Of a DNA stretch of 64,000 nt, positions 48,705-61,100 are shown one piece after another. The stretch is taken from contig OZ244052.1 of the NCBI GenBank assembly GCA_965215125.1, forward strand, positions 192,001-256,000, in the 5' to 3' direction. How positions within the stretch are numbered: the stretch's first letter is position 1; each line of letters begins with the position of its first letter. The stretch is from an uncultured candidatus Porisulfidus sp. (GTDB taxonomy: Bacteria > Pseudomonadota > Gammaproteobacteria > Poriferisulfidales > Oxydemutatoraceae). Under the pieces are notes generated by a model that was not told the DNA's origin, ran no database searches, and worked only from the letters and a program-made list of their open reading frames with translations. The position numbers and the translations under genes were made by a program.

Positions 48705-49976
48705 ATGAACGACCCACTATCTAAAAACACCGATTCTATTGCCGAGATCGGCAAACGCGTTAAAGCAAGCGCACCGTTCATTGCGAATGCCGATACTCGG
48801 ACAAAAAACCGAGTGCTTTCGGCAACCGCAGAAATTCTAATCTCAAAGCGCAACACCTTGATTGCAGAAAACAGCAAGGATTTGGAAGCTGCACGCGAAC
48901 GCAAAATCGGTGCCGCATTGATCGACCGTTTGGAACTCAACGCTGCGCGTATCGAGGCAATGGTAGAAGGCTTGAATCAGATAGCGAGCTTGGACGATCC
49001 GATCGGTGAGATCTCGGATTTATGCACGCGCCCGTCGGGCATACGCGTGGGACGTATGCGGGTGCCTTTAGGTGTCATCGGTATCATTTACGAGTCGCGA
49101 CCGAATGTAACGATAGACGCGGCAGCCCTGTGTATTAAATCCGGCAACGCCGCCCTATTGCGCGGCGGTTCCGAAGCGATACACTCTAATATCGCCATTG
49201 CACAGTGTCTATCCGAAGGCTTGCAAAAAGCCGGGCTTCCGGTAGACTGCGTGCAACTGATTCAAAAGCCGGGGCGCGAAACGGTGGGCGAAATGCTAAA
49301 GCTCGGTGATTGCTTGGACCTAATCATCCCGCGCGGCGGCAAAGCACTGATTGAGCATATTTGCCGAAACTCATCTATTCCGATTATCAAACATCTGCAC
49401 GGGGTCTGCCATGTTTATGTCGACGACGGTGCCGATTTAGAACAAGCATTCGCTATTGCGGTGAATGCCAAAACGCAACGATTCGGTGTCTGCAATGCGA
49501 TGGAAACCTTACTCGTTGCACAATCGGTAGCCGAGGCATTTTTACCGCGCTATGCACGCGAGATGGAAACACACCAAGTTGAAATGCGGGGTTGCGAGCA
49601 AAGTTGTGCCATTCTACCCGACATAAAGCGCGCCGGCGAAGCGGATTGGGGTGAGGAATATCTGGCACCTATACTTGCAGTTAAAGTCGTCTCGGATATA
49701 GAGGCGGCGATCGCACATATCAAACAATACGGTTCTCATCACACCGACGCTATCGTCAGCCGCGATTACACCCGCACGATGCGCTTTATTCGTGAAGTCG
49801 ATTCCAGTTCGGTGATGGTCAACGCCTCCACCCGCTTTGCCGACGGTTATGAATACGGACTGGGTGCCGAAATCGGTATCAGCACCGATCGCCTGCATGT
49901 ACGCGGACCGGTCGGGCTACAAGGATTGACGATACAAAAATATATCGTATTCGGGAACGGTCATATACGTGAATGA
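48705..49976 (+). CDS. proA: Gamma-glutamyl phosphate reductase
   Basis: [25 protein letters not shown] and [21 protein letters not shown] motifs. Confidence 0.97.
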   Translation: MNDPLSKNTDSIAEIGKRVKASAPFIANADTRTKNRVLSATAEILISKRNTLIAENSKDLEAARERKIGAALIDRLELNAARIEAMVEGLNQIASLDDPIGEISDLCTRPSGIRVGRMRVPLGVIGIIYESRPNVTIDAAALCIKSGNAALLRGGSEAIHSNIAIAQCLSEGLQKAGLPVDCVQLIQKPGRETVGEMLKLGDCLDLIIPRGGKALIEHICRNSSIPIIKHLHGVCHVYVDDGADLEQAFAIAVNAKTQRFGVCNAMETLLVAQSVAEAFLPRYAREMETHQVEMRGCEQSCAILPDIKRAGEADWGEEYLAPILAVKVVSDIEAAIAHIKQYGSHHTDAIVSRDYTRTMRFIREVDSSSVMVNASTRFADGYEYGLGAEIGISTDRLHVRGPVGLQGLTIQKYIVFGNGHIRE

Positions 49977-50616
49977 GCAAACTCGCATTACGGCAATCTA
50001 CGGCGGTGCTTTTGACCCCGTTCACTTGGGACACATTAAAATCGCTCTGCACATCCTCGCCCAACCCGAAATCTCCCAACTTCGCCTACTACCGTGCTAT
50101 CTGCATCCGGATAAAAACGAACCCTATGCAACATCGGTACACCGCTACAATATGTTAAAACTCATCGCTAAAGACTCCTTAACCGTAGATCATTGCGAGC
50201 TGGAACGTCGAGGCGTTTCTTACACCATTGATACGGTAAAACATCTGCGCGCAACACTGGGAGCCGAGATGCCGCTGGCATTGGTACTCGGACTGGACAC
50301 TTATGTAACGATAAACAGCTGGCAAAGTGCCAAACAATTACCCTCGTTGCTACATTTGATAGTCGTCGCCCGTCCTAAAGCGAAGTTTGAGAACAGCAAT
50401 CGTAATAAAAGTTGGCAGCCGGTTGATACATTACAAGAAATGACACGCCATACGGCAGGTACGGTTCACTTCATGTCCGAGCCGTTAATAGACATATCCT
50501 CAAGCCAAATCAGAACGATGATCGCACAGGGCATACAACCTCGCTATCAATTACCGGGAGTAGTGTGGAGCTATATCAAAAGAAACCGACTGTACGATTA
50601 CAAAGAGTCGGCATGA
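49969..50616 (+). CDS. nadD: Nicotinate-nucleotide adenylyltransferase
   Basis: [17 protein letters not shown] and ISSSQIR motifs. Confidence 0.95.
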   Translation: MNEQTRITAIYGGAFDPVHLGHIKIALHILAQPEISQLRLLPCYLHPDKNEPYATSVHRYNMLKLIAKDSLTVDHCELERRGVSYTIDTVKHLRATLGAEMPLALVLGLDTYVTINSWQSAKQLPSLLHLIVVARPKAKFENSNRNKSWQPVDTLQEMTRHTAGTVHFMSEPLIDISSSQIRTMIAQGIQPRYQLPGVVWSYIKRNRLYDYKESA

Positions 50617-50972
50617 CATCCGAAGCACTAAAACAACTCGTGATAACCCAGCTCGAAGCCTTGAAGGCGCAAGACATCGTCGCCTTGGATATAAGCAACA
50701 AAACAACCGTCGCAGATTTTTTTATCATCGCCGGCGGCACCTCCACACGACACCGCCAAGCAACCGCCGAGCGTGTTATCGAAGCAAGCAAACTAAACGG
50801 TGTCAAAGTGCTGGGTTGCGAAGGTTTTGACGCCGCCGATTGGATATTAATAGACCTAGGCGATGTCGTACTACATATAATGAAACAAGCGGCACGCACG
50901 CGCTACGATTTGGAAAGTTTGTGGCAAGATACCGACACGCAAGCGCAGACACCGCATGCCGACACACATTAA
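50613..50972 (+). CDS. rsfS: Ribosome silencing factor
   Basis: KAQDIV.LD, WILIDLGDVVLH and YDLESLW motifs. Confidence 0.93.
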   Translation: MTSEALKQLVITQLEALKAQDIVALDISNKTTVADFFIIAGGTSTRHRQATAERVIEASKLNGVKVLGCEGFDAADWILIDLGDVVLHIMKQAARTRYDLESLWQDTDTQAQTPHADTH

Positions 50973-51429
50973 AATACTCGCAGTGGGTCGGCGCATGCCG
51001 TCGTGGGTCAGCGACGGAATTGCAGACTACCAAAAACGCATGCACGATATACGCATAGAGATACTGGAAATACCGCAAGTCAAACGTACGGCATCTCACC
51101 CCTCCGCTAACGCCATGCAACAGGAGTGTGCAAAACTACTTTCGGCAACACCGACGGATGCCTATCTCGTTGCGCTCGATCAATCGGGATTACCGCTCAG
51201 CAGCGAACAACTCGCCACACAACTCAAACAGTGGATGCAAAACCATCAAGCGGTTGCTTTTATGATCGGCGGCAGCGACGGTTTGGATAATCGCTGCAAA
51301 AAAGCAAGCCGCGCGATGTGGTCTTTATCCAATATGACACTCCCCCATGCATTGGCTCGGTTGATGTTAGTGGAGCAACTCTATAGAGCGTGGACAATCC
51401 TTAAAGATCATCCCTACCATCGTAGTTAG
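50956..51429 (+). CDS. rlmH: 23S rRNA pseudouridine-1915 N3-methyltransferase
   Basis: AVG.RMP.WV, IGGSDGL, WSLS.MTLPH and EQLYRA....HPYHR motifs. Confidence 0.96.
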   Translation: MPTHIKILAVGRRMPSWVSDGIADYQKRMHDIRIEILEIPQVKRTASHPSANAMQQECAKLLSATPTDAYLVALDQSGLPLSSEQLATQLKQWMQNHQAVAFMIGGSDGLDNRCKKASRAMWSLSNMTLPHALARLMLVEQLYRAWTILKDHPYHRS

Positions 51430-51444
51430 AGACTAATGGGCACT

Positions 51445-51578
51445 ATTCCCCTCCTATGGAGGGGTGGCCTATGCATTTTGCAATGCATGCGTTTAGCAGT
51501 TATGTTGAGGTTCTGAACAAAGTCACGCCGATTGACCTACCGGTTCAATCGGCGGTTCTATTCAGCCTGACAGGGTGA
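51445..51578. repeat. Family B element interrupted by a family A element
   Basis: TTCCCCTCCTATGGAGGGGTGGC-[family A, about 51473-51558]-CAGCCTGACAGGGTG. Confidence 0.7.
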
Positions 51579-51745
51579 TTATCATAATTATATAGCTCAT
51601 AGCAGCTGAGTTTTTGCAGTGCCGGTACTTTCTCAACAGCTCCACATTGCTACTTGAGGTTGTCATATACAGTATTTTACCAGTACACCGGATTACCAAT
51701 TATGCTACAATAAAGCTGTCAGTAGAAAACTCAGGAGAAATTAAG

Positions 51746-52024
51746 ATGAACACACACTTGAATGCGGCCCACCACCAGCAGGAAGTGACAAACAACAACA
51801 ATAATAGTTTTATTGATATATTGGCGGTGCTGTTAATCGGAGGTGTTGGCATGTTTATTGCCTTACTTGGCTTATATTTTGATAATCTTCCATTCTTGAT
51901 AGTAGGATATATAATCGCAATCGCTTCTGCTTGGTCTGCTATATCTAAAGCTGGAAAGTCTACTATTGAGTTTATGAGGGAATATCGGAATTATAAAGCT
52001 GAGAAAAAGAACAAAGATCAATAG
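51746..52024 (+). CDS. Small hypothetical membrane protein
   Basis: AGGAG RBS before ATG 51746, two TM segments and a basic tail. Confidence 0.6.
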   Translation: MNTHLNAAHHQQEVTNNNNNSFIDILAVLLIGGVGMFIALLGLYFDNLPFLIVGYIIAIASAWSAISKAGKSTIEFMREYRNYKAEKKNKDQ

Positions 52025-52039
52025 TGACGTTAATCCATT

Positions 52040-52128
52040 TGACGTTCCCCCATTTTTAGGATTACCCGCAAAGTTGGTATTCATGTTACTACTCTCACAG
52101 ATATATCAGTGATTGATACCCTGATACG
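52040..52128 (-). mobile_element. Eroded IS3 end fragment related to the 43169-44399 element
   Basis: TGACGTTCCCCCATTTTTAGGA...TTCATG...TTGATACCC aligns by eye with the reverse complement of about 44310-44399. Confidence 0.65.
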
Positions 52129-52181
52129 ATAGTTCACCAGGCAATGGTTATCGCACTGGCAGGCGAAGGCGAACATAGATT

Positions 52182-55100
52182 TTATTGAAGAAGGCCTTCT
52201 AAAAATACTTTGACATGTATCCTAATCGCTATATGGACACGTACCGAAACGGCCCCTCTACCGCCTAACCCGCCGCTGTCGGTTGCGGTGAATGTAATCA
52301 CCGCTTCTCCGCTCTGCTCGGCGGTTAGTGTAAAGGTGATACTCGTATTGGTCGTTATATCGTCGGTTTCCGCAGATGTCGTCACCGATACAATCGTTCG
52401 GCTCGACGACATCGCTTCCAATGTGACGATATCATCCACATCAAAATTATCATCCGCCACCGAGACAACAATATGAGCCGTACTATTCAGGGATAGTGTT
52501 TGATCCAATGACGGTGTAATCATAATTGTCGGTTTCGTATTCGCTTCTACTCGCACTTCAAATTCCTCCGAAATCCTTGAATTTGATAGACCTCTGCCGT
52601 CATTTACCGTCACCATAATCGTCGCACTACCGGCACCGACACCGCTAACTTCAAGTGTGCGGGTAGCACCATCGGTCGCAATAATCGTTGCGGTTGCAAT
52701 CAGGCTATTGCCGGTATCAATGCTTACACTAAGGCTATCGTCGTCGTCGGCATCGTTTATTGTTACATTCAGCGTAGTCTTTGTTCCTTCCAACAATCTG
52801 ATGGGTTGTTCGGGAATACCAATAATCGTCGGAGCCATGTTCCGCTCCACCGTCACCAAGACCGAAGCCGAAACCAACTCGGTGTGTTCATCGCTCACGG
52901 TGATATTGAGTGTTGCCACACCGGCTTTCAACCCTTTAATCTTTAGAGTTTGTGCGTCTCTTGTAACACTGCCGTTGGTCATTACCATCACACTGGTGGT
53001 CACCAATTCCACTACATCTTGGTTCTCATTCATTGCGGTTAGCGATAAAGTTAAGCTGTCGTCGGTATCGGCATCGGATACCGACACTGCAATAGCCTGC
53101 TCTCTGCCTTCCTTGACCGAGACTGTATTGTCAAAAGATGTAATCGTCGGAGGCGTGTTGACACGCACCGACACGGTTTTACTGTTTGTTGACTCGTTGC
53201 TGTCGGTTGCGGTGAATGTAATCACCGCTTCTCCGCTCTGCTCGGCAGTTAGTGTAAAGATGATACTCGTATTGGTCGTTATATCGTCGGTTTCTGCAGA
53301 TGTCGCCACCGATACAATCGTTCGGCTCGACGACATCGCTTCCAATGTGACACTATCACCCAAATCGAAATTATCATCCGCCACCGAGACAACGACATCG
53401 GTCATGTCATTCAACTGCATCGTTGGAACGGTGGGCGGTGTAATCATAATCGTCGGTTTCGTATTCGCTTCTACTCGCACTTCAAATTCCTCCGAAATCC
53501 TTGAATTCGATAGACCTCTGCCGTCATTTACCGTCACCATAATCGTCGCACTACCGGCACCGACACCGCTAACTTCAAGTGTGCGGGTAGCACCATCGGT
53601 CGCAATAATCGTTGCGGTTGCAATCAGGCTATTGCCGGTATCAATGCTTACACTAAGGCTATCGTCTACATCGGCATCGTTTATCACAACATTCAGCGTA
53701 GTTTCTGTTCCTTCCAACAATCTGATGGGTTGTTCGGGAATACCAATAATCGTCGGAGCCGTGTTCCGCTCCACCATCACCGAAACCGAAACCGGAGCCG
53801 ACTCGGTGTGTTCATCGCTCACGGTGATATTGAGTGTTGCCACACCGGCTTTCAACCCTTTAATCTTTAGAGTTTGTGCGTCTCTTGTAACACTGCCGTT
53901 GGTCATTACCATCACACTGGTGGTCACCAATTCCACTACATCTTGGTTCTCATCCATTGCGGTTAACGATAAAGTTAAGCTGTCGTCGGTGTCGGCATCG
54001 GATACCGACACTGCAATAGTCTGCTCTCTGCCCTCCTTGACCGAGACTGTATTGTCAAAAGATGTAATCGTCGGAGGCGTGTTGACACGCACCGACACGG
54101 TTTTACTGTTTGTTGACTCGTTGCTGTCGGTTGCGGTGAATGTAATCACCGCTTCTCCGCTTTGCTCGGCGGTTAGCGTAAAGGTGATACTCGTATTAGT
54201 GGTTATATCGTCGGTTTCTGCAGATGTCGTCACCGATACGATCGTTCGGCTCGACGACATCGCTTCCAATGTGACACTATCATCCAAATCGAAATTATCA
54301 TCCGCCACCGAGACAATAATATCGGTCATGTCATTCAACTGCATCGTTGGAACGGTGGGCGGTGTAATCATAATCGTCGGTTTCGTATTCGCTTCTACTC
54401 GCACTTCAAATTCCTCCGAAATCCTTGAACTTGATAGATCTCTGCCGTCATTTACCGTCACCATAATCGTCGCACTACCGGCACCGACACCGCTAACTTC
54501 AAGTGTGCGGGTAGCACCATCGGTCGCAATAATCGTTGCGGTTGCAATCAGGCTATTGCCGGTATCAATGCTTACACTAGGGCTATCGTCGTCGTCGGCA
54601 TCGTTTATTGTTACACTCAGCGTAGTCTTTGTTCTTTCCAACAATCTGATGGGTTGTTCGGGAATACCAATAATCGTCGGAGCCGTGTTCCGCTCCACCG
54701 TCACCGAAACCGAAGCCGGAGCCGACTCGGTGTGTTCATCGCTCACGGTGATATTGAGTGTTGCCACACCGGCTTTCAACCCTTTAATCTTTAGAGTTTG
54801 TGCGTCTCTTGCAACACTGCCGTTGGTCATTACCATCACACTGGTGGTCACCAATTCCACTACATCTTGGTTCTCATTCATTGCGGTTAGCGATAAAGTT
54901 AAGCTGTCGTCGGTATCGGCATCGGATACCGACACTGCAATAGTCTGCTCTCTGCCCTCCTTGACCGAGACTGTATTGTCAAAAGATGTAATCGTCGGAG
55001 GCGTGTTGACACGCACCGACACGGTTTTACTGTTTGTTGACTCGTTGCTGTCGGTTGCGGTGAATGTAATCACCGCTTCTCCGCTTTGCTCGGCGGTTAG

Positions 55101-58100
55101 TGTAAAGGTGATACTCGTATTGGTCGTTATATCGTCGGTTTCTGCAGATGTCGTCACCGATACGATCGTTCGGCTCGACGACATCGCTTCCAATGTGACA
55201 CTATCATCCAAATCGAAATTATCATCCGCCACCGAGACAACGACATCGGTCATGTCATTCAACTGCATCGTTGGAACGGTGGGCGGTGTAATCATAATCG
55301 TCGGTTTCGTATTCGCTTCTACTCGCACTTCAAATTCCTCCAAAATCCTTGAACTTGATAGATCTCTGCCGTCATTTACCGTCACCATAATCGTCGCACT
55401 ACCGGCACCGACACCGCTAACTTCAAGTGTGCGGGTAGCACCATCGGTCGCAATAATCGTTGCGGTTGCAATCAAGCTATTGCCGGTATCAATGCTTACA
55501 CTAAGGCTATCGTCGTCGTCGTCGGCATCGTTTATTGTTACATTCAGCGTAGTTTCTGTTCCTTCCAACAATCTGATGGGTTGTTCGGGAATACCAATAA
55601 TCGTCGGAGCCGTGTTCCGCTCCACCGTCACCAAGACCGAAGCCGAAACCGACTCGGTGTGTTCATCGCTCACGGTGATATTGAGTGTTGCCACACCGGC
55701 TTTCAGCCCTTTAATCTTTAGAGTTTGTGCGTCTCTTGCAACACTGCCGTTGGTCATTACTATCACACTGGTGGTCACCAATTCCACTATATCTTGGTTC
55801 TCATTCATTGCGGTTAACGATAAAGTTAAGCTGTCGTCGGGGTCGGCATCGGATACCGACACTGCAATAGTCTGCTCTCTGCCCTCCTTGACCGAGACTG
55901 TATTGTCAAAAGATGTAATCGTCGGAGGCGTGTTGACACGCACCGACACGGTTTTACTGTTTGTTGACTCGTTGCTGTCGGTTGCGGTGAATGTAATCAC
56001 CGCTTCTCCGCTTTGCTCGGCGGTTAGTGTAAAGGTGATACTCGTATTGGTCGTTATATCGTCGGTTTCTGCAGATGTCGCCACCGATACGATCGTTCGG
56101 CTCGACGACATCGCTTCCAATGTGACACTATCACCCAAATCGAAATTATCATCCGCCACCAAGACAACGACATCGGTCATGTCATTCAACTGCATCGTTG
56201 GAACGGTGGGCGGTGTAATCATAATCGTCGGTTTCGTATTCGCTTCTACTCGCACTTCAAATTCCTCCAAAATCCTTGAACTTGATAGATCTCTGCCGTC
56301 ATTTACCGTCACCATAATCGTCGCACTACCGGCACCGACACCGCTAACTTCAAGTGTGCGGGTAGCACCATCGGTCGCAATAATCGTTGCGGTTGCAATC
56401 AGGCTATTGCCGGTATCAATGCTTACACTAAGGCTATCGTCTACATCGGCATCGTTTATCACAACATTCAGCGTAGTTTCTGTTCCTTCCAACAATCTGA
56501 TGGGTTGTTCGGGAATACCAATAATCGTCGGAGCCGTGTTCCGCTCCACCGTCACCGAAACCGAAACCGGAGCCGACTCGGTGTGTTCATCGCTCACGGT
56601 GATATTGAGTGTTGCCACACCGGCTTTCAACCCTTTAATCTTTAGAGCTTGTGCGTCTCTTGTAACACTGCCGTTGGTCATTACTGTCACACTGGTGGTC
56701 ACCAATTCCACTATATCTTGGTTCTCATTCATTGCGGTCAGCGATAAAGTTAAGCTGTCGTCGGTGTCGGCATCGGATACCGACACTGCAATAGTCTGCT
56801 CTCTGCCCTCCTTGACCGAGACTGTATTGTCAAAAGATGTAATCGTCGGAGGCGTGTTGACACGCACCGACACGGTTTTACTGTTTGTTGACTCGTTGCT
56901 GTCGGTTGCGGTGAATGTAATCACCGCTTCTCCGCTTTGCTCGGCAGTTAGTGTGAAGGTGATACTCGTATTGGTCGTTATATCGTCGGTTTCTGCAGAT
57001 GTCGTCACCGATACGATCGTTCGGCTCGACGACATCGCTTCCAATGTGACACTATCACCCAAATCGAAATTATCATCCGCCACCAAGACAACGACATCGG
57101 TCATGTCATTCAACTGCATCGTTGGAACGGTGGGCGGTGTAATCATAATTGTCGGTTTCGTATTCGCTTCTACTCGCACTTCAAATTCCTCCAAAATCCT
57201 TGAACTTGATAGATCTCTGCCGTCATTTACCGTCACCATAATCGTCGCACTACCGGCACCGACACCGCTAACTTCAAGTGTGCGGGTAGCACCATCGGTC
57301 GCAATAATCGTTGCGGTTGCAATCAAGCTATTGCCGGTATCAATGCTTACACTAAGGCTATCGTCGTCGTCGGCATCGTTTATTGTTACATTCAGCGTAG
57401 TTTCTGTTCCTTCCAACAATCTGATGGGTTGTTCGGGAATACCAATAATCGTCGGAGCCGTGTTCCGCTCCACCGTCACCAAGACCGAAGCCGAAACCGA
57501 CTCGGTGTGTGCATCGCTCACGGTGATATTGAGTGTTGCCACACCGGCTTTCAATCCTTTAATCTTTAGAGTTTGTGCGTCTCTTGCAACACTGCCGTTG
57601 GTCATTACCATCACACTGGTGGTCACCAATTCCACTATATCTTGGTTCTCATTCATTGCGGTTAGCGATAAAGTTAAGCTGTCGTCGGTATCGGCATCGG
57701 ATACCGACACTGCAATAGCCTGCTCTCTGCCTTCCTTGACCGAGACTGTATTGTCAAAAGATGTAATCGTCGGAGGCGTGTTGACACGCACCGACACGGT
57801 TTTACTGTTTGTTGACTCGTTGCTGTCGGTTGCGGTGAATGTAATCACCGCTTCTCCGCTCTGCTCGGCGGTTAGTGTAAAGGTGATACTCGTATTGGTC
57901 GTTATATCGTCGGTTTCTGCAGATGTCGTCACCGATACAATCGTTCGGCTCGACGACATCGCTTCCAATGTGACACTATCACCCAAATCGAAATTATCAT
58001 CCGCCACCGAGACAATAATATCGGTCATGTCATTCAACTGCATCGTTGGAACGGTGGGCGGTGTAATCATAATCGTCGGTTTCGTATTCGCTTCTACTCG

Positions 58101-61100
58101 CACTTCAAATTCCTCCGAAATCCTTGAATTCGATAGACCTCTGCCGTCATTTACCGTCACCATAATCGTCGCACTACCGGCACCGACACCGCTAACTTCA
58201 AGTGTGCGGGTAGCACCATCGGTCGCAATAATCGTTGCGGTTGCAATCAGGCTATTGCCGGTATCAATGCTTACACTAGGGCTATCGTCGTCGTCGGCAT
58301 CGTTTATCACAACATTCAGGGTAGTTTCTGTTCCTTCCAACAATCTGATGGGTTGTTCGGGAATACCAATAATCGTCGGAGCCGTGTTCCGCTCCACCGT
58401 CACCGAAACCGAAGCCGAAACCGACTCGGTGTGTTCATCGCTCACGGTGATATTGAGTGTTGCCACACCGGCTTTCAGCCCTTTAATCTTTAGAGTTTGT
58501 GCGTCTCTTGCAACACTGCCGTTGGTCATTACTATCACACTGGTGGTCACCAATTCCACTACATCTTGATTCTCATTCATTGCGGTTAACGATAAAGTTA
58601 AGCTGTCGTCGGTGTCGGCATCGGATACCGACACTGCAATAGTCTGCTCTCTGCCCTCCTTGACCGAGACTGTATTGTCAAAAGATGTAATCGTCGGAGA
58701 GGCATTGACTCGCACCGACACGGTTTTACTGTTTGTTGACTCGTTGCTGTCGGTTGCGGTGAATGTAATCACCGCTTCTCCGCTCTGCTCGGCGGTTAGT
58801 GTAAAGATGATACTCGTATTGGTCGTTATATCGTCGGTTTCTGCAGATGTCGTCACCGATACAATCGTTCGGCTCGACGACATCGCTTCCAATGTGACAC
58901 TATCACCCAAATCGAAATTATCATCCGCCACCGAGACAATAATATCGGTCATGTCATTCAACTGCATCGTTGGAACGGTGGGCGGTGTAATCATAATCGT
59001 CGGTTTCGTATTCGCTTCTACTCGCACTTCAAATTCCTCCGAAATCCTTGAATTCGATAGACCTCTGCCGTCATTTACCGTCACCATAATCGTCGCACTA
59101 CCGGCACCGACACCGCTAACTTCAAGTGTGCGGGTAGCACCATCGGTCGCAATAATCGTTGCGGTTGCAATCAGGCTATTGCCGGTATCAATGCTTACAC
59201 TAGGGCTATCGTCGTCGTCGGCATCGTTTATCACAACATTCAGGGTAGTTTCTGTTCCTTCCAACAATCTGATGGGTTGTTCGGGAATACCAATAATCGT
59301 CGGAGCCGTGTTCCGCTCCACCGTCACCGAAACCGAAGCCGAAACCGACTCGGTGTGTTCATCGCTCACGGTGATATTGAGTGTTGCCACACCGGCTTTC
59401 AGCCCTTTAATCTTTAGAGTTTGTGCGTCTCTTGCAACACTGCCGTTGGTCATTACTATCACACTGGTGGTCACCAATTCCACTATATCTTGGTTCTCAT
59501 TCATTGCGGTTAACGATAAAGTTAAGCTGTCGTCGGGGTCGGCATCGGATACCGACACTGCAATAGTCTGCTCTCTGCCCTCCTTGACCGAGACTGTATT
59601 GTCAAAAGATGTAATCGTCGGAGAGGCATTGACACGCACCGACACGGTTTTACTGTTTGTTGACTCGTTGCTGTCGGTTGCGGTGAATGTAATCACCGCT
59701 TCTCCGCTCTGCTCGGCGGTTAGTGTAAAGGTGATACTCGTATTGGTCGTTATATCGTCGGTTTCTGCAGATGTCGTCACCGATACGATCGTTCGGCTCG
59801 ACGACATCGCTTCCAATGTGACACTATCACCCAAATCGAAATTATCATCCGCCACCGAGACAACGACATCGGTCATGTCATTCAACTGCATCGTTGGAAC
59901 GGTGGGCGGTGTAATCATAATCGTCGGTTTCGTATTCGCTTCTACTCGCACTTCAAATTCCTCCAAAATCCTTGAATTCGATAAACCTCTGCCGTCATTT
60001 ACCGTCACCATAATCGTCGCACTACCGGCACCGACACCGCTAACTTCAAGTGTGCGGGTAGCACCATCGGTCGCAATAATCGTTGCGGTTGCAATCAAGC
60101 TATTGCCGGTATCAATGCTTACACTAAGGCTATCGTCGTCGTCGTCGGCATCGTTTATTGTTACATTCAGCGTAGTTTCTGTTCTTTCCAACAATCTGAT
60201 GGGTTGTTCGGGAATACCAATAATCGTCGGAGCCGTGTTCCGCTCCACCGTCACCAAGACCGAAGCCGCAACCGACTCGGTGTGTGCATCGCTCACGGTG
60301 ATATTGAGTGTTGCCACACCGGCTTTCAACCCTTTAATCTTTAGAGTTTGTGCGTCTCTTGTAACACTGCCGTTGGTCATTACTATCACACTGGTGGTCA
60401 CCAATTCCACTACATCTTGATTCTCATTCATTGCGGTTAGCGATAAAGTTAAGCTGTCGTCGGTGTCGGCATCGGATACCGACACTGCAATAGTCTGCTC
60501 TCTGCCCTCCTTGACCGAGACTGTATTGTCAAAAGATGTAATCGTCGGAGAGGCATTGACTCGCACCGACACGGTTTTACTGTTTGTTGACTCGTTGCTG
60601 TCGGTTGCGGTGAATGTAATCACCGCTTCTCCGCTCTGCTCGGCGGTTAGTGTAAAGATGATACTCGTATTGGTCGTTATATCGTCGGTTTCTGCAGATG
60701 TCGTCACCGATACAATCGTTCGGCTCGACGACATCGCTTCCAATGTGACACTATCACCCAAATCGAAATTATCATCCGCCACCGAGACAATAATATCGGT
60801 CATGTCATTCAACTGCATCGTTGGAACGGTGGGCGGTGTAATCATAATCGTCGGAGCCGTGTTCCGCTCCACCGTCACCAAGACCGAAGCCGAAACCGAC
60901 TCGGTGTGTGCATCGCTCACGGTGATATTGAGTGTTGCCACACCGGCTTTCAACCCTTTAATCTTTAGAGTTTGTGCGTCTCTTGTAACACTGCCGTTGG
61001 TCATTACTATCACACTGGTGGTCACCAATTCCACTACATCTTGGTTCTCATTCATTGCGGTTAACGATAAAGTTAAGCTGTCGTCGGTATCGGCATCGGA

